A stretch of 64,000 nucleotides of DNA, taken from the NCBI RefSeq assembly GCF_009914755.1, contig NC_060930.1. One strand, 5' to 3'. Each line of letters opens with the position of its first letter. The first letter of the stretch is position 1. This document shows, one piece after another, positions 29,340 through 43,144 of this stretch. Source of the stretch: the human T2T-CHM13v2.0 reference genome, Homo sapiens. The notes below the pieces were generated by a model. The model saw only the letters and a list, made by a program, of their open reading frames with translations, was not told the origin of the DNA and searched no databases. The position numbers and the translations under genes were made by a program.

Positions 29340-30705
29340 CTAATTTTAGCTGTTTAATTTTAGCCAGTCTAAAAGTGTAAAGTAAGTTCTCATTGTTGGT
29401 TTAATTTGCATTTCTGTGATTATTAGTGAATTTGAGCATCTCTTCTTATGTTTATTATATATTTAGGTTTTCTTTTTTACAGATTGCTTCTTTAAATTCT
29501 GTGGTTTTCTTTTGGTATTCTTGTTTCCTTTTTATTAGGTTACAGATATTTTTATATATTAGAGATATTGACCTCTTGTTGGTTTTGGACTTTGCAAATA
29601 ATTTATCTCAGTCTTTTATCAGTTACCTTCATCCATGATATCATTTACGGAGCAGAAATCCTTAGTTTCGACATGATCAACTGAAAGGGTTTTTGTCTTA
29701 TGGTTTATACTTAAAGATTTTATTAAAGAAGTTATCCTCCATTCCATTGCCAAAAGATATTCTGATATATTTTCTTCTATTAATTTTACAGTTTTTCCTT
29801 TTGTATTAAGGTCTTTAATTCACCTGTAGCAGGAAGTGGCAAACATTTTTGTAAAGGGCCAAGTAATAAATATTTTAGATTTCGCAGGCTAGTGGTCTCT
29901 GTCACATTATTCAGTTCTGCCAAGGTAGTGCAAAAGCAGCCATAGACATATGTAAATGAATGCTCATGGCCTGTTTCAGTAAAACGTTATTTCTATTTAC
30001 AACAGAGGCATCGGGCATTCAGGCCATAATTTATCCTCCATATAGAGTCTACCTTTGTTTTAGGTATTAGATAGGATTCTATGTGTTTTTTTCCCCCACT
30101 GCCATATAGTAAATCAGTTTTTATCATGCCAAACACTAAAAAATTCATCATTTCCTTGTTGATTTGTAGTGCCACCTTTATTGTATATTACATTCTCAAA
30201 GTACAGGGATCTGTCTCTGAACTCTATTCTGATTCATTGGTCTTTTTATCTATTCTTGTAGAAAGGTCACTTTTTTTTTTTAATCCCAGTGGTTTTGTGG
30301 TATATCTTAATATCTGTCAGGAATAGGTCCCTCTTGTTACTTTCCTTTCTCAAAGTTAACAGCTGTTGATGGGCCTTTATTCTTTCATATAAATTTTAGA
30401 CTATGTCTACTGGATCGCTCAAAAAGTATGATAATGATTTTTATTAGGATTTAACTGAATATAGAGGATAATTTGGGAAGAATTGCCATATTATATCACC
30501 CAAGAACATGTAGTGTAGCTCTATTTATTGAGATCATCTTTTACGTCTTTTATTAGAGTTTAAAAATGCTTTTCTCAATAGGAAGTTTGTATACTTTTTA
30601 TGAAGTTAATTCCCAAACTCCTGTTATGGCTATTGTGCATGGATATCTTTTGATTACATTGTTTAGTTTTATTGGTGTGGAGAAATACTATTAAGCTTTG
30701 TAAGT
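29340..30705 (-). mobile_element. Old L1M ORF2 fragment containing a MER58A insertion (~29829-30035)
   Basis: ctcattgttggtttaatttgcatttc and other antisense ORF2 motifs; MER58 start caggaagtggcaaac...gtaaagggcc. Confidence 0.7.
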
Positions 30706-30709
30706 CAGG

Positions 30710-31240
30710 TATATGAAAGATTAACAAAAAACTGGTTCTTTGGAGAGATAAGATGAATAGACTGCTGGCAAACTAAGAAAAAAGGGTTAAGGCAGAAGAG
30801 TAAAATACAGAGCATAATAGAAGAAATACTAAATCTCAATAATAAAGATAGAGAATTATAAAAATAAAATAGTTTTATGAACAGCTATACCTAAATATAA
30901 AATGTCAAAATTTGACATAAGGGGAAATAGAACATATGAATAGGAAAATAATTATTTTTGCCAATTGCAATATTAAAAACCCTTCTTCCAAAAAACTCCA
31001 GGCCCAAAGGGGTTTACAGGAGAATTCTACCAAACTTTCAAGAACAACTAGTTCATATTTGATCCAAGTTACTGCAGAAAATAGAAAGAATAAAAGCTGT
31101 GCACAGCTTGTTTGCAGAGGTCAGTGTAATCTTGTTGCTAAACAAGATGAGGGCTACACCAGAACCTTAGGAATTGCTATTCTTGGAATGCAAAGATAAT
31201 TCAGTATCAGAAATGAGTGCAGCTGTATTTCAAGAAAACA
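30710..31240 (+). mobile_element. Old L1M ORF2 fragment in the opposite orientation
   Basis: aactggttctttgg, aaactccaggcccaaagggg...gaattctaccaaac. Confidence 0.7.
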
Positions 31241-31244
31241 TTAT

Positions 31245-31412
31245 TGATGGACACTAAAATCAGAATTTCATATAATTTTCATGTATCATGAAATGTTAAT
31301 CTCTGGATTTTAAAAAATCACTTTAAAAATGTGAAAACTATTCTTAGCCTGCATGCTGTACAAAATAGGTGGGTGGGCCAGATTTGTGGATTGTAGTTTG
31401 CCAACCTCGATC
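31245..31412. mobile_element. MER58B right half
   Basis: gacactaaaatcagaatttcatataattttca...gtagtttgccaacc. Confidence 0.7.
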
Positions 31413-31544
31413 TAACTATGCAAACTGATAGAATCAACACATTATCAAAACTAATTCTTGCCTTAACCTTGTTCTATTTTTTTTTCTGTTTTTCCACCCA
31501 TAGCTCTTTGTGCCTCTTCACCCTTAACCTTTATCATATGCTTG

Positions 31545-31700
31545 CTTTTTTTTTTTTTCTTTTTCCATTTTAGAGATAGAGTCTGGCTCTGCTGCCCAGG
31601 CTGGAATGCAGTGACACACTCATACCTTACTGTACCCTTGAACTTCTGAGCTCCAGTGATCCTCCCAACTCAGCCTCCTGAGTCGCTAGGACCACAGGCT
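31545..31700 (-). mobile_element. Alu right monomer (FRAM/AluJ)
   Basis: Poly-T plus a single antisense arm. Confidence 0.8.
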
Positions 31701-32074
31701 ATCATTTGCTTTCTGTCAGGAAATACACAGGGCAGATCACATCACTTTTCATTGGAATGCTCATCTGCAGGCACTTGATGTTGTGTATCAGTGTTTTCTG
31801 TCTGCTGATGACTCTCCTGTTCCCCTTCGTTCTTGTAGTTTTGTATATTTTACTCACCTTCAGATCATCTTGGCAGTATTGCTTTCTCCACTTCATTTGG
31901 GATCTTTCCTTATTTCTAATTGATCATGTTTGCCACTGTTGACAGTGGCAGATCCGCATGCGTTATTTATTTCAAGAACCCTATCCCACTTCTCTGCATG
32001 CCTGCATATATTAGCCTCATAAATCACCAAGAAAATAAAGATCTTAATGTACTCTTTCAACTAGCTGTTGTTCA

Positions 32075-32732
32075 GCAAGACACCCTAAGGAGAGTGAAAA
32101 CTAAAGAACAAACTGGGGTAAGATATTTGTTAAAATAATATATAACTTCATATAATTGTAAAAAGATTAATATCTAGACTATATATTTTTTAAAAACCCT
32201 GTGACTCAAGTTATAAAAAGACAACCCGGTAGAAAAGTGAATAAAGGACTTAAGCATTTCATAGAAGTAGAAACCCTAATGGCTAATAATATGTGAAGAG
32301 AAACTCAATCACATTAATTGCCAAGGATTTGTAAATTAATCAGATAGATAATATCTCTTACCCACTAGATTGGCAAAAAAAATTAAAAAACAAAAAAGGA
32401 TGTCACCTGCCTCTGAGGATATGGAGTAACTGAAATACACATTGGTACAGCTAATTTAGAAAAATAATTTGGCACTATCTAGTCAAGTTGAAAAGGCCCA
32501 TACCATAGGGCTGAGCAGTTCTGGTTTTACCCGTGGGTCATGGAGAAACTCTTGACTGCATGTGTGTGCTAGGGGTCGTAGACAAGAACATTCACAGGAG
32601 CAGTGTTTGGGATTGTAAAGGACTGAAAACAAAGACATGTTGTTGGCCATAGAATGGATAAATAAATTGTGGTATATTCATACTTGGAATTCTGTATGGC
32701 AGTGAAAATGAATAAGTTATAGCTGCATACAA
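32075..32732 (+). mobile_element. L1ME-type ORF2-end fragment
   Basis: gaatggataaataaattgtggtatattcatac...gcagtgaaaatgaa. Confidence 0.7.
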
Positions 32733-33779
32733 GGAATATAGTTATTTCCTACTATATTCCATAATATATTTATGCCCTGCTATTTTAAATCAAGAGTTTA
32801 TTTAACTTTTTCATTGTATACCAATATTTTTATTTGATAAATAGGATTGAAAGATATCCTGGCATTTAAAATGAAATATCTTTCATATCCTGACATTTAA
32901 GATGAAAGTTTCTTGGAATTTTAGGGGTGTTTTAGGCAAGTTAGGTATAGAAGTTAAGTTAGAGTTTAAAAATTTTATTACGTGAGTAATATATGATTAT
33001 ATTCATTATGTAAAACTCAAAACATTATAGATAGAGCAAAGCCCCTTTTGACCAACACTCTCAAACTAGTGCTCTTCTCAGAAGTAAGCCCTATTTTCAG
33101 TTTGGTATGTATCCGCCAGATATTTGTTGATGCATTACATTCATTCATACATATTTACATACATACCGCATACATACACACATACATATGTATGTATGTA
33201 CTAGTAGAGAATATGTATTGTTTTATGTTTTATTTTCTTTGTTACCTAAATGATATATCTAAGTTATTTTTATTTCAGTTCATACAAATCTATATTTTCC
33301 TTTTGAAATTGTATGGGTTCATGGTATGGACTTCATATAGTTTATCTCCAACTGATGGTGGACATTTGTTTTGTTTTTGTTTGATTACAGAAATGCTGTA
33401 TTGATTGTGTGTGTTTATGCATGTATATATGTGTGTTTATATTCTAAATATTAATCATCAGTTTGTTTTGCATATAGCAAATATTTTTCCAGTCTGTTCA
33501 TTGATGTGAAACCTTTATGGGTTTTACCCTTTTTTTGTGGTCTTAAGATCTCTTTTCCTAGGATCATAAACATAATTCTCTTACATTTTAAAGTTTAGAT
33601 GTGTACTTTTGTTTTTAACATTTAGTTATTTAATCCATCTGAAATTTATTTTGGGGAATGGTGTGAAGCAGGGACCTAAATTTATTTTTTTGAAATGGCT
33701 ACCAGTCATTCCAACACCATTTATTGAATGGTGAATCACTGATTGGAATTATCTTTATCCTTTACTACTATGACGACTA

Positions 33780-33990
33780 CTAGCCAAAATTTGTTGAGTA
33801 CATACTAGGATCGTCCACTGTTTTAAGCACTTGACAAGTGTCATCTCTTAATCTTCGTGCCCACCTATTTTACAGTGGAGGAAGCAAGGCATGGGAGGCT
33901 GTGATTGTCCAGTGTAACACAGTTGCTAAGTAGTGGAGCTTGGATTTTAATCCAGGAGCCTGGCTCTACAACCCATGCTCCTCACCTTAT
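33780..33990 (-). mobile_element. MIR
   Basis: cctattttacagtggaggaagc...acacagttgctaagtagtggagc. Confidence 0.65.
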
Positions 33991-34419
33991 GTAAGCATGC
34001 AACGTTTGAATTGACACAGTTGTTTGCCATTTCGCAGGCAGCCTGAGCTAGTAATTGCTTCGATTTTCCCCTTGCTGTGGATCATGATTGAAAACTTAGT
34101 ATCAGAGGGATGGAGGCTAAAATGTGGTTTTTAAAATGGAAGATAGTCATATAAATCTAGGATGAATCCAAAGAGAAAGAGTATTACTCTAGTTTATTTT
34201 AACATAATTTCTGATAACAAAGGTGTAGGATACTTAATATTTTTAAAGAATGTCATCTAATCCTAAAATTTGGATATGTGACCAATTATACAAGTGATTT
34301 CATTGTTTGGTTAAGTAAATGTTGGTGCTACTAGGAGTTTTGAGATGCTTATTAGCTACTTTATCATTCTCTGAATTCTTCGTTCTCATTTTCACTTAGT
34401 ATAAATATGAAGTGATAGA

Positions 34420-34630
34420 ATGATTTTGGGATTTATAGCCAGACTAACCTGGATTGAAAAATCCCGGCTCTTGTACTTGCTGTATTTCCTGGGGCTAGTA
34501 ACTGAACCTGTCTGAACCTCTGTTTTTTTCATCTTTAAATTAGGTGATAATACTGAGGGGGTGGTATGATATTTAAATATGATAATATTTGTAAAGTTCC
34601 TGCAAAATACATAGTATATGGTAAGTACAC
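34420..34630 (+). mobile_element. MIR
   Basis: agccagactaacctgga...tctgaacctctgttttttcatctttaaa. Confidence 0.6.
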
Positions 34631-35799
34631 TATTTTAATTTCCTTTTATTTTAAAACATGTATATGAAAGTCCTTGGCTTAGGTTAGTAATTTGCTTTTC
34701 CTGTTTACATCTCTTACAGAGCAATACAATAACTTTTATTTGGAAGATTTTGAGTGAAGTACAAATAATTAATCTTTAGCTAATTTTTTTCTAAGTTGAC
34801 AAGTAAAAATTATATTCTAATTTTCATGAGTAGGTTTCCGTCTTAATTGTAATTGTCAATTCAGTATTTTCAGATAACTTCTCGTCTTTGTCTTATGTTC
34901 TTTTATCTAACCATTTTAGGATATATAGACAGTTTTTCTAGAAAAAGAGTTTTCAGGCCATCTCCATCTGTGGGATGGCATATTATAATTTAAATGTTTC
35001 CTCCTTTATGGTTCCTAAATGTACTTTTAAAGTTAGCCGCTTAGATACCACATCATTATGGATGGTCTGTGAAGATCAGATGTTGAATCAGATGAGCACT
35101 GAGGTTCCTCATACACTGAGATTCTCCCGTTCTCAGAAGTGTACATTACCTAAGGAACCTCACTAGAATAGATGTCAGGTTCATTTTCCATTCTTATTAG
35201 ACGTCAAGATACTAGTCTCCAAATAACTTAGAGTCGGATGGTTTATTTAAAAAGCAAGAACTATTTTGTATGGTAGATTGTGAGATGGATTAGTCAGGTA
35301 TTATATTTTACATGATATTTAAGAATTCATATTATTCAGAAAAGATACCTTTAATATTAAAATATTTATTAATAATTTAGAAATTACATTAAATTATGTT
35401 ATTTTTCTGCATTATCACTTGTAATTATCAGTATGTTATACTGTATGTTTACAAAAATGCTAAAGAGGTCTAGTTAATTGAATGCCCAGGTGAGAGGTTG
35501 CAATAATGAATTATTCATTGTTTATGAACATATTTGCTATCAAGTATGCAGCATATACCATAAATATATATCTTTTGGTTGAATAGAAAAGTCTGTTTTT
35601 CAAATAAGTGGCTAAGTGTATTATGGTAAGTTGTAACTTTCACCAATCACAGGGAAACTTTTTCATAGAAAGTGGATAAAATGAGAAAAAAATGATGACT
35701 TATGTTTTGATGAAATGAAAAGAGCTCTTAAGGTGCAGCATGCAGTGTGTTATAAAACGAGTGACTGTATCCCTTCATTTTTCTCCCGTTTCTCCTTAG

Positions 35800-35930
35800 G
35801 TGCAGCAGTAGCGGGCATTTACAGAGTAGCTGGGAAGAACATGGCCCCTTTGGAAGCGCTGGTATGGGGCGTTGGACAGACTGTACTGACATTAATCATC
35901 TCCTTTTCAAGGATCCTCGCTACACTTTGA
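35800..35930 (+). CDS. TMEM170B: TMEM170B last coding exon (coding part of exon 3)
   Basis: Acceptor ttctcccgtttctccttag|GT. The split codon A|GT = Ser joins exon 2 in frame. Encodes SAAVAGIYRVAGKNMAPLEALVWGVGQTVLTLIISFSRILATL with TGA at 35928-35930, the recognisable TMEM170-family C-terminus. Confidence 0.97.
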
Positions 35931-38900
35931 GGTTTCTGTGGGAATGTCTTACTTCACATAAGGAAACAGATGTACAGATTCCCTGAAAACGGCATTGTTA
36001 ACAAGTGGAAATGAAATTGTGCAAGAATGTGGACTGAGCAGGTCAAAGCATAAGGAAGACCTTGAGCTGTGTGGAAGGATTGCCCTCTGGTGTTCAAGTG
36101 ATTGCACTACCGCACTGCACCTTATGTGCCTCTGTCTCAGGCAAGGTGCATTAAGACACTATGTAAAGTTACAAGAAAAAGCACCTTGTTTAGCTGCCTA
36201 TCAGGTTAACATTGGTGTTGAAATCATCGTTCCTAACAGTGTTATGTTAAGTTACAGGGACGTTTCGAGGTATTGATATATGTGCCAAACTCTTTTCTTT
36301 TTGTTAACATTGATCATGTGACAATTTGCAAGTGTAGATGTAGCTGAGTGCTGTGAACATATTTGACATGAATTCAGGTAATGTACTAAGATTTTTGTTC
36401 GGTAACACTAAATCCCGTATGAGTGCTAAATACTGAATTGTTTAATATGAGAGAAATTATTTGGTTTTTAATGTTGCGCGTTTCTGGGATTTAGGGCTTC
36501 AATATGTTTAGGTATTATTGTTATTTAATTGATGTGGAAGATAAGTCTTCTTAACTGAAGACTAGCTCAACTGTTTTAAGAACTCAGAGTAGCTCTATAG
36601 GGTGCATACTTTTCACCAACTTAAGTAACACCCTTTTAATAGCTTCTCTCATGCATCCATATTCTGTTTATACAAATTCAGAAACTTGAAGGGTCATACA
36701 CATTGATTGTAGTTTGTGCGTCATAAAAATGTAATTTGAAGATTTTCTTAAAAATTTTTGTAAGAAAAAAGTCTGAAATGCATGTTGCATTCTTTGACCC
36801 TTCTAAAGAAAGTTTTTGCCTTGTATCTCATGGACAAAACATCTTTATAACTAGTATCTCAGTGGGATTGTATTACGTGTTGCATATATCTTGATTTTTG
36901 ACAAAACATAAACAGTCTTTCATTCTGGAGTATTAACTGTTTTTAGAGACTGGCCTAAATTAGGCTCTGGAAATAAAGACCTCATTTGTAGAAATAAGTA
37001 ACAAGTAAGTTATATAGGAAGAGTAATGAACTATTTTACTTTGGACATGTGGCAACATCATAATTTTGCTAAGTAAAAATTGGGGAATATAGTAGATAAT
37101 TTTAAAATTTGGCAATTAGTCTCAGCATATCAATGCAGTACTGAGCGTGTATTAGAGTAATTCAGTTGTTCAGTTCTTGATTTATGATATGAAGTTATGA
37201 TTTAAGTTTAGTAGAAGAATCTGTGAGGGCATATAGCAAAAGTGGAAATGTCCTTTATATAAAACATTTTAAGAGGTTCTGGCAATACGTAATTGTAAGA
37301 GTATAGGAAGTAGGGTTGAACTGGTCTCCTAATGAGATTTTTTTTGGCACCAGATACAATTATAATGTGCTAACTCAAAGGAGACATTGCAGAGAATATG
37401 AAGTTAAGGATAATCCAAAAATAACCTGGTAGCCTTGCTGTTTAATCCAATTTGCTATAAAAGTAGGCCTTTGTTATATTACATTCAAATTTAAGAACTT
37501 TGTTACCCATACCACTTTTTCTCTATCCAGAAGCAGAGTATATCCACAACTTACCAATGAGAAGTTGGAGAGGCAGTACTTTTCTCAGTATGGAAGCCAA
37601 TTTGGGAGATTTACTAACACTGGCTTGGAAATTTGTTTTAAAAAAATAATAAGCAACTATGCATGGATCTTTGAAGTAAATCTTAAAATTGATTATTTTT
37701 ATTATGTACAGGCCTGAAATTGTTTTCATGTGTTCTTTATATTCCTGATGTTTTTACAAATTAAATTTAGGCATAACTTTTCCAAGTCAATCTGATTTTT
37801 TCTTTTCTGCCAGACTTGAATTGTGTTCTTCTTTTACTTTGGCTATTCTGTCAATAATTTAAAGCATTCGTATTCTTCCAGAGGAATTACCAATAGCATG
37901 TGGAAATTGTTTCAGATCTCCAGAATGAATACTTATTTTAACATATGTTTATTTTATGATTTAAGAAAGTTATGGTAAAGTAATATGGAGCATGATTCAT
38001 AATCCAAAATTAACAAGAAAATAACTTGGATACATTAAATGTACTAATGTGTGGACCAAAGAGATTTAAACTATTGTTTTTACTCTAGAATGAAAGTATA
38101 ATTGAACGGTTAATAATTAGTTTGTAGAGTGTCCTGCAGTTATTATCAAGTTGCTTTACATTATCAATTGTGTGTGTATGTGTATACTTTTAATTTTAGG
38201 GGTTATTTTTGGTTTCTTTGCTGTTTTCAGTTATTTCCATTGAGATTTTGTGCAACTGTCTCTCTTTTGATGTTTTGAGATGCAGTTGAATAGTTTGAGT
38301 TTGTGAATTGTCTTAATAGCTATTTATATGCTGAAATTTTTAAAAAGTTAGTAGCTTTCCTATAGACACAAGAAATGTTTAATGATATATATACACACAC
38401 GTATATATCATTATATAGGTATATAGAGAGCTGCTATATATGAATACAGTCTACTTGGAAAGCTTTTTTTCAGTGAACACTTTCATGTTCTAGTGGAAAA
38501 TTTGTTCAGTGTAATGATCTTTTAAATAGGTTTGAGGATGTTTGAAAATTTTGAATTTTGGGAAAATTTTCTTCACTTAATAGAGCTGGAGACCCTTGTT
38601 TGGGACATGACAAAAGTCCTTATTGATGTATTTGGGTTATATACTTTGTTAAAATTCGTATGTGATTTAGCAGTACATTTTCTTCGTGACAAATGCAAGA
38701 AGGGAGGGAGGATCCTCTATAGTGGACACTCCTTTATTTAAAAAATGTTTAATAAAATATTGTTTATAGTGAAATCAGCTCCCCAAAGAAGGAACTCCTA
38801 CATGCCCAAACTAATTACAGTTGAACATACTGATTAAAAATGCCATAGATCACAGCTAGTCAGGAGGCCTCAAATAAACTGCAAATAATGCTTAAAACTT

Positions 38901-39589
38901 TAAAAGAAGGAGAACCAGCAGTCTTCCGAACCATGGGACAGTTCCAAGGTAATAGCCTACCTTGCCTAGGATAAGTGAAGTCCTAAATGATGGCTATCTT
39001 CAGGGCCTGGAGCAGAATTATTCTTTAGATCTTAATGTTTACCAAACAGTGTTACAGTTTGTTACCCAATATACTTTCTTAGTATTTGCAGCATACATTT
39101 CACTGCTCAAAAAAGTATAAGGGTTTTGTTTGTACTTTAAATGAGAGAAATAAAGAAATGAGTTGGCCTGTATATCTTGTATTTGTGATATGAGCAACGG
39201 GATAATTTGAAATCACAGAATGTTGTGGGAAAGGTCTTTAAAGAACCTCTAATGAAGAAAATGTGGCTGCCACATTGATGTACCTAGGCTGCCACTCATA
39301 CAGCAAATAATTCTATTTTGTAAACACTTCGTGTGGATCCACTATGTAAAGTGCTCTACCAAGTATTTTCTCTAGTAAGAAGTACAAGAATTACCAAGAT
39401 GGAATTCTTTACCTTGAGTACACCAAGAGCTAGCAAGATGATTTTTAAATCCTAAAAAGTTTGGGACAACATTTTGCTTCCTGATTTTAGTTGAGAGTTA
39501 GCCTGTTATCCCTCCAAATTCTCATTTTCCTGGTTCATCCACTAAATAGAATTTCCATAACTGAGATATCATGGCTGTGACATAGTGAA

Positions 39590-39790
39590 GAGAATACGAG
39601 ACTCCAAGCCAGCAACACAGATTGAATTAAGACTCTGTCACTTGTCAACTTTTTGACCTTGAGCAAATCACTTAACTTCTCTGAGCCTCAGTTCATACTC
39701 CGTAAAATGTGACTAATACCTCATGTAGTTATTGTGAGGATTACGTGAGATTGTTTATGAATGGCAAAGCAGTATGTATTTCACAGTAAA
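39590..39790 (+). mobile_element. MIR within the 3' UTR
   Basis: gaccttgagcaaatcacttaacttctctgagcctcagt...gttattgtgaggatta. Confidence 0.75.
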
Positions 39791-40359
39791 TGATCAACTG
39801 ATAGTCTCTAGAATTTTTTTAAATTACATTTTGCAATTGCATTACCAATTGAATATGTTGTTTTATAAAATTCATCAATTTTGTTTCATTTCTATATTTT
39901 CCTTACATATGCTTTAGGAAAGAAACTAAAAACGTTTTCTTATAATCTTGCTTCATCTCCTTTTCACTTTTTCTTTTTAAAATCAGCAGATCTTTAAGAA
40001 CCTTTTGTGAATTGGTGGTGGTGGAAATGGCCAGTGCAAGCAGGATTAAATTAGGAGTTCTGTTGACCACTGGTTAAAATAGGAAAAGGGTAGAGAGGTA
40101 GTCAGCCTTGACTCCCTTATCTATTCCCACTTACTTCCCTTGGATTCATTCAGCCATGTTGATTTATTGACTTTCTGCTATTTGCTAATTATTCTTCTTG
40201 AAAAGTAAGAGCGATATATAACCCTTCAGTCTTCTATATGTCTGTTTCTTCTGCCGGCCCTGGGCCCTTGGCTCTACAGTGTAGTGCCAATTCTGTAGAA
40301 AAATAGAACGATATTCAGTGTCTACCAAGTTCTTTCTTCCACAGGCCAAGGGTGCTTAA

Positions 40360-40691
<332 letters not shown>

Positions 40692-41105
40692 TAACTTCAA
40701 ATACTATTATTTTAAATTTATGTTCATTATGTAATTCAGGGAGTAACGATGCCTGGAGCAATTTCTGAAATATTCTCAAACCACTTCACTCTTGACACTA
40801 CAGATTTTTCTCTCAGTCTCAATCAGAATCTCTGCAGTCATTATTTGTTTTTAAGATGTGAGGGACGAGGAAAATTACTGAAGAAATTCTAGCAGATTTC
40901 GATTGCAGAGAAATTTGGTAACACTTTTTGGGTAACTGGGTAAATTACTATTTCTTTTAATAATCGGGTGAAACTCTGAATTGTTAAAACGGACCAATAA
41001 TCAAATGGTTTTATAATCTTTCTTAACTTCCCGTCCTTGTTATAACATCTTGGAAGAAGACTCTTCAGGATAAAAAGGATATTATTTGATTAAAAATTAT
41101 AGCAT

Positions 41106-41216
41106 TTGGAGAGGTAACACACAAAAACAAAAACATATTTGACAAAGCGCCCTACATCCTGTGTTTTGTTAGGACTAGAAACTATACTGGATGAGTATGT
41201 ATACTGCATGTTTACA
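41106..41216 (+). repeat. Copy A of a diverged ~115-nt duplicated 3' UTR module
   Basis: Aligns by eye to 43145-43264 in blocks of 40/48, 17/19 and 25/26 identity. Confidence 0.85.
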
Positions 41217-43113
41217 CATGCTGTGTTTCTTTATATGTGAGGCTTCACTGACCACCGTGCATTTTGAAATTGTATTGCATTTTGTGTGTGTGTGTGGTGA
41301 CAGGTTTGCTCTTCTCACTTAAGGAGCTCTGGTCTGTGTAGGCAGTACAGTGTTGTTAGGGAGGTTGCTGAATTATCTAAAAATGTATCCATGAATTTGG
41401 GGGAAATAATGCTTAATATCTGAAGTATTTTCAGTAAATGTGGAGATATATCAGATAATACTTTTAAATTAGTGGAAACACATTTCTGAGTGAACTGAGC
41501 TATGAACTATAATCATCTCTTCCCCTGAGTTTAGGGAAGTTGTTTTCACATTCTTTACATTTATTGCACATATACTGAACTTACATAATAACTCTTCCCT
41601 GATTTTGAGAACGAATTTAGCAATTTCCTAAAAATCTTCCTCCTCTTTCCATACAGATGTCGTATGTTATAGTTTAAACATATGTACAATTTGTTGATAG
41701 AATCCAAGGAGCTGGTTTAGGAAAGAATACTCTTAACCCCTACAGTTATGCAGCTCTAATCTTACTGAAAAGTAAATACTTTAGGCAAGTCAGGAGAGCA
41801 TGAACCTCATACATACATTTTTACGATTATGTACTGCACCCACATGTATCTACTCTTGGTAGTAACATGACTCCACCCTTTTTGGGAATGTATTTAGGTG
41901 GATAACTGAAACGGAAAAGCAGTTTGACACAAATACACAGAAAGAGGAATTGCGGTGCATAATCAATCGTCTGAGTCCCATAACTGTAACACTTTTTCTC
42001 TTATAAATTGGTAGTTCCTAAAAATCACCACTTTAAAAATTTTATTCTGTCTTGCTGAATTAAGCAGAAATCACTTTTTTTAGAGCCTTGTTTAAAGGAA
42101 CGTTAACTCGAGAGTACTACTGATGATGACGCTTCTCTTGTTTTTAAAGTATTTACACATCATTGTTAAGTATTTTTGGAATGGAACATTTTAAAGTTTT
42201 CTCCATAGAAAGCAACATAGTGGCACTTGTTGAGTAAATGATCATAAAAATGACTTGCTTTTAATAGCAGATGAGTTGATAGTTTAACTGTTGACACTTT
42301 CTTAATGTTTTTGATGTTGGATGCATTTACAATGGAAGAATTTTTTTGAAAGATTTGGCCCTCTCACCAATACACACATTCAGACTTGAGCTGCACGCAT
42401 TTAGATGAACAAATAGGAAATTCACGGTATTTTTTGTTTTAGCCATCCAAAATTCATAGGATTCTACCAAAAATATTAGCCCCTGACTCTAGTTATTCTG
42501 AGATGAGGGAATCAACTTTATCTTGAAAGTTAACTAGCTAAAATGTCTTTATTTAAATAGCAAAAATATAGTTTACCTGACAAGTATTAAAAGTCTCACT
42601 TTCAAATTGTGTTAACTCTCAGACCACTGATGAATCTTTTGGTAAATCACAGGCAGATTTTAAAAGCTAAATGAAGCCTTAGTGCCTTGAAAGTTAAGAT
42701 ACTTGTGCAAAATGGATTTAGCAAGATTCAGGATTGGCACCAGTGAGTTGGCTAGATACACATCACCTGTGACTGGGAATTCAAAGTTTAGAAAGCCTAA
42801 CGAATAGTAGCTACTAACTTCATATGGTTCAATGTAAATCAGTTACTTAGTCATTGACTGTGACAGATGACAGCTACTTTCACTATATTTTCATGATGTG
42901 GTATTTTTCTCTATTTTTTCTTTTTCCAAGTATGAAATGGAAAAAAATGTAGTTAAGAAAATTAAGTGTGAGACTTTAAAATTTAGTTTTGTTGTAAACT
43001 AGAGATTCTAGTGAACAGTGTTAGTTTTATACTGTAGTACAGGGCACACACTTTAACCTTTAGAAATATGTTTACCATCAGGGATTTATTTTTACTATAG
43101 AAATACTAAATGT

Positions 43114-43121
43114 ACTGTGAA
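43114..43121 (+). promoter_or_regulatory. miR-27 8mer seed match (ACTGTGAA)
   Basis: Exact 8mer; further miR-27 matches at 42857-42863 (7mer-m8) and 36351-36357 (7mer-A1). Function is not shown by sequence alone. Confidence 0.5.
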
Positions 43122-43144
43122 GCTTAAAGACAGGAGAATAAATG

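Noticed and set aside
33145-33200. (CATA)n followed by (TATG)n palindrome
   Set aside because: Low-complexity simple repeat, common in L1-derived regions.
35715-35930. 71-aa ORF starting at an intronic ATG
   Set aside because: The N-terminal part is the intron 2 polypyrimidine tract; only 35800 onward is coding.
35995-36276. 93-aa downstream ORF in the 3' UTR
   Set aside because: Non-ATG start, no recognisable domain, and length within chance range.
41106-41219. Duplicated module as an H/ACA snoRNA pair (both end in ACA-NNN and contain AAACTA)
   Set aside because: The distance from the H-like box to ACA is only about 30 nt, with no room for a pseudouridylation-pocket hairpin, and the location is exonic. 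snoReport or an Infernal/Rfam search would settle it.
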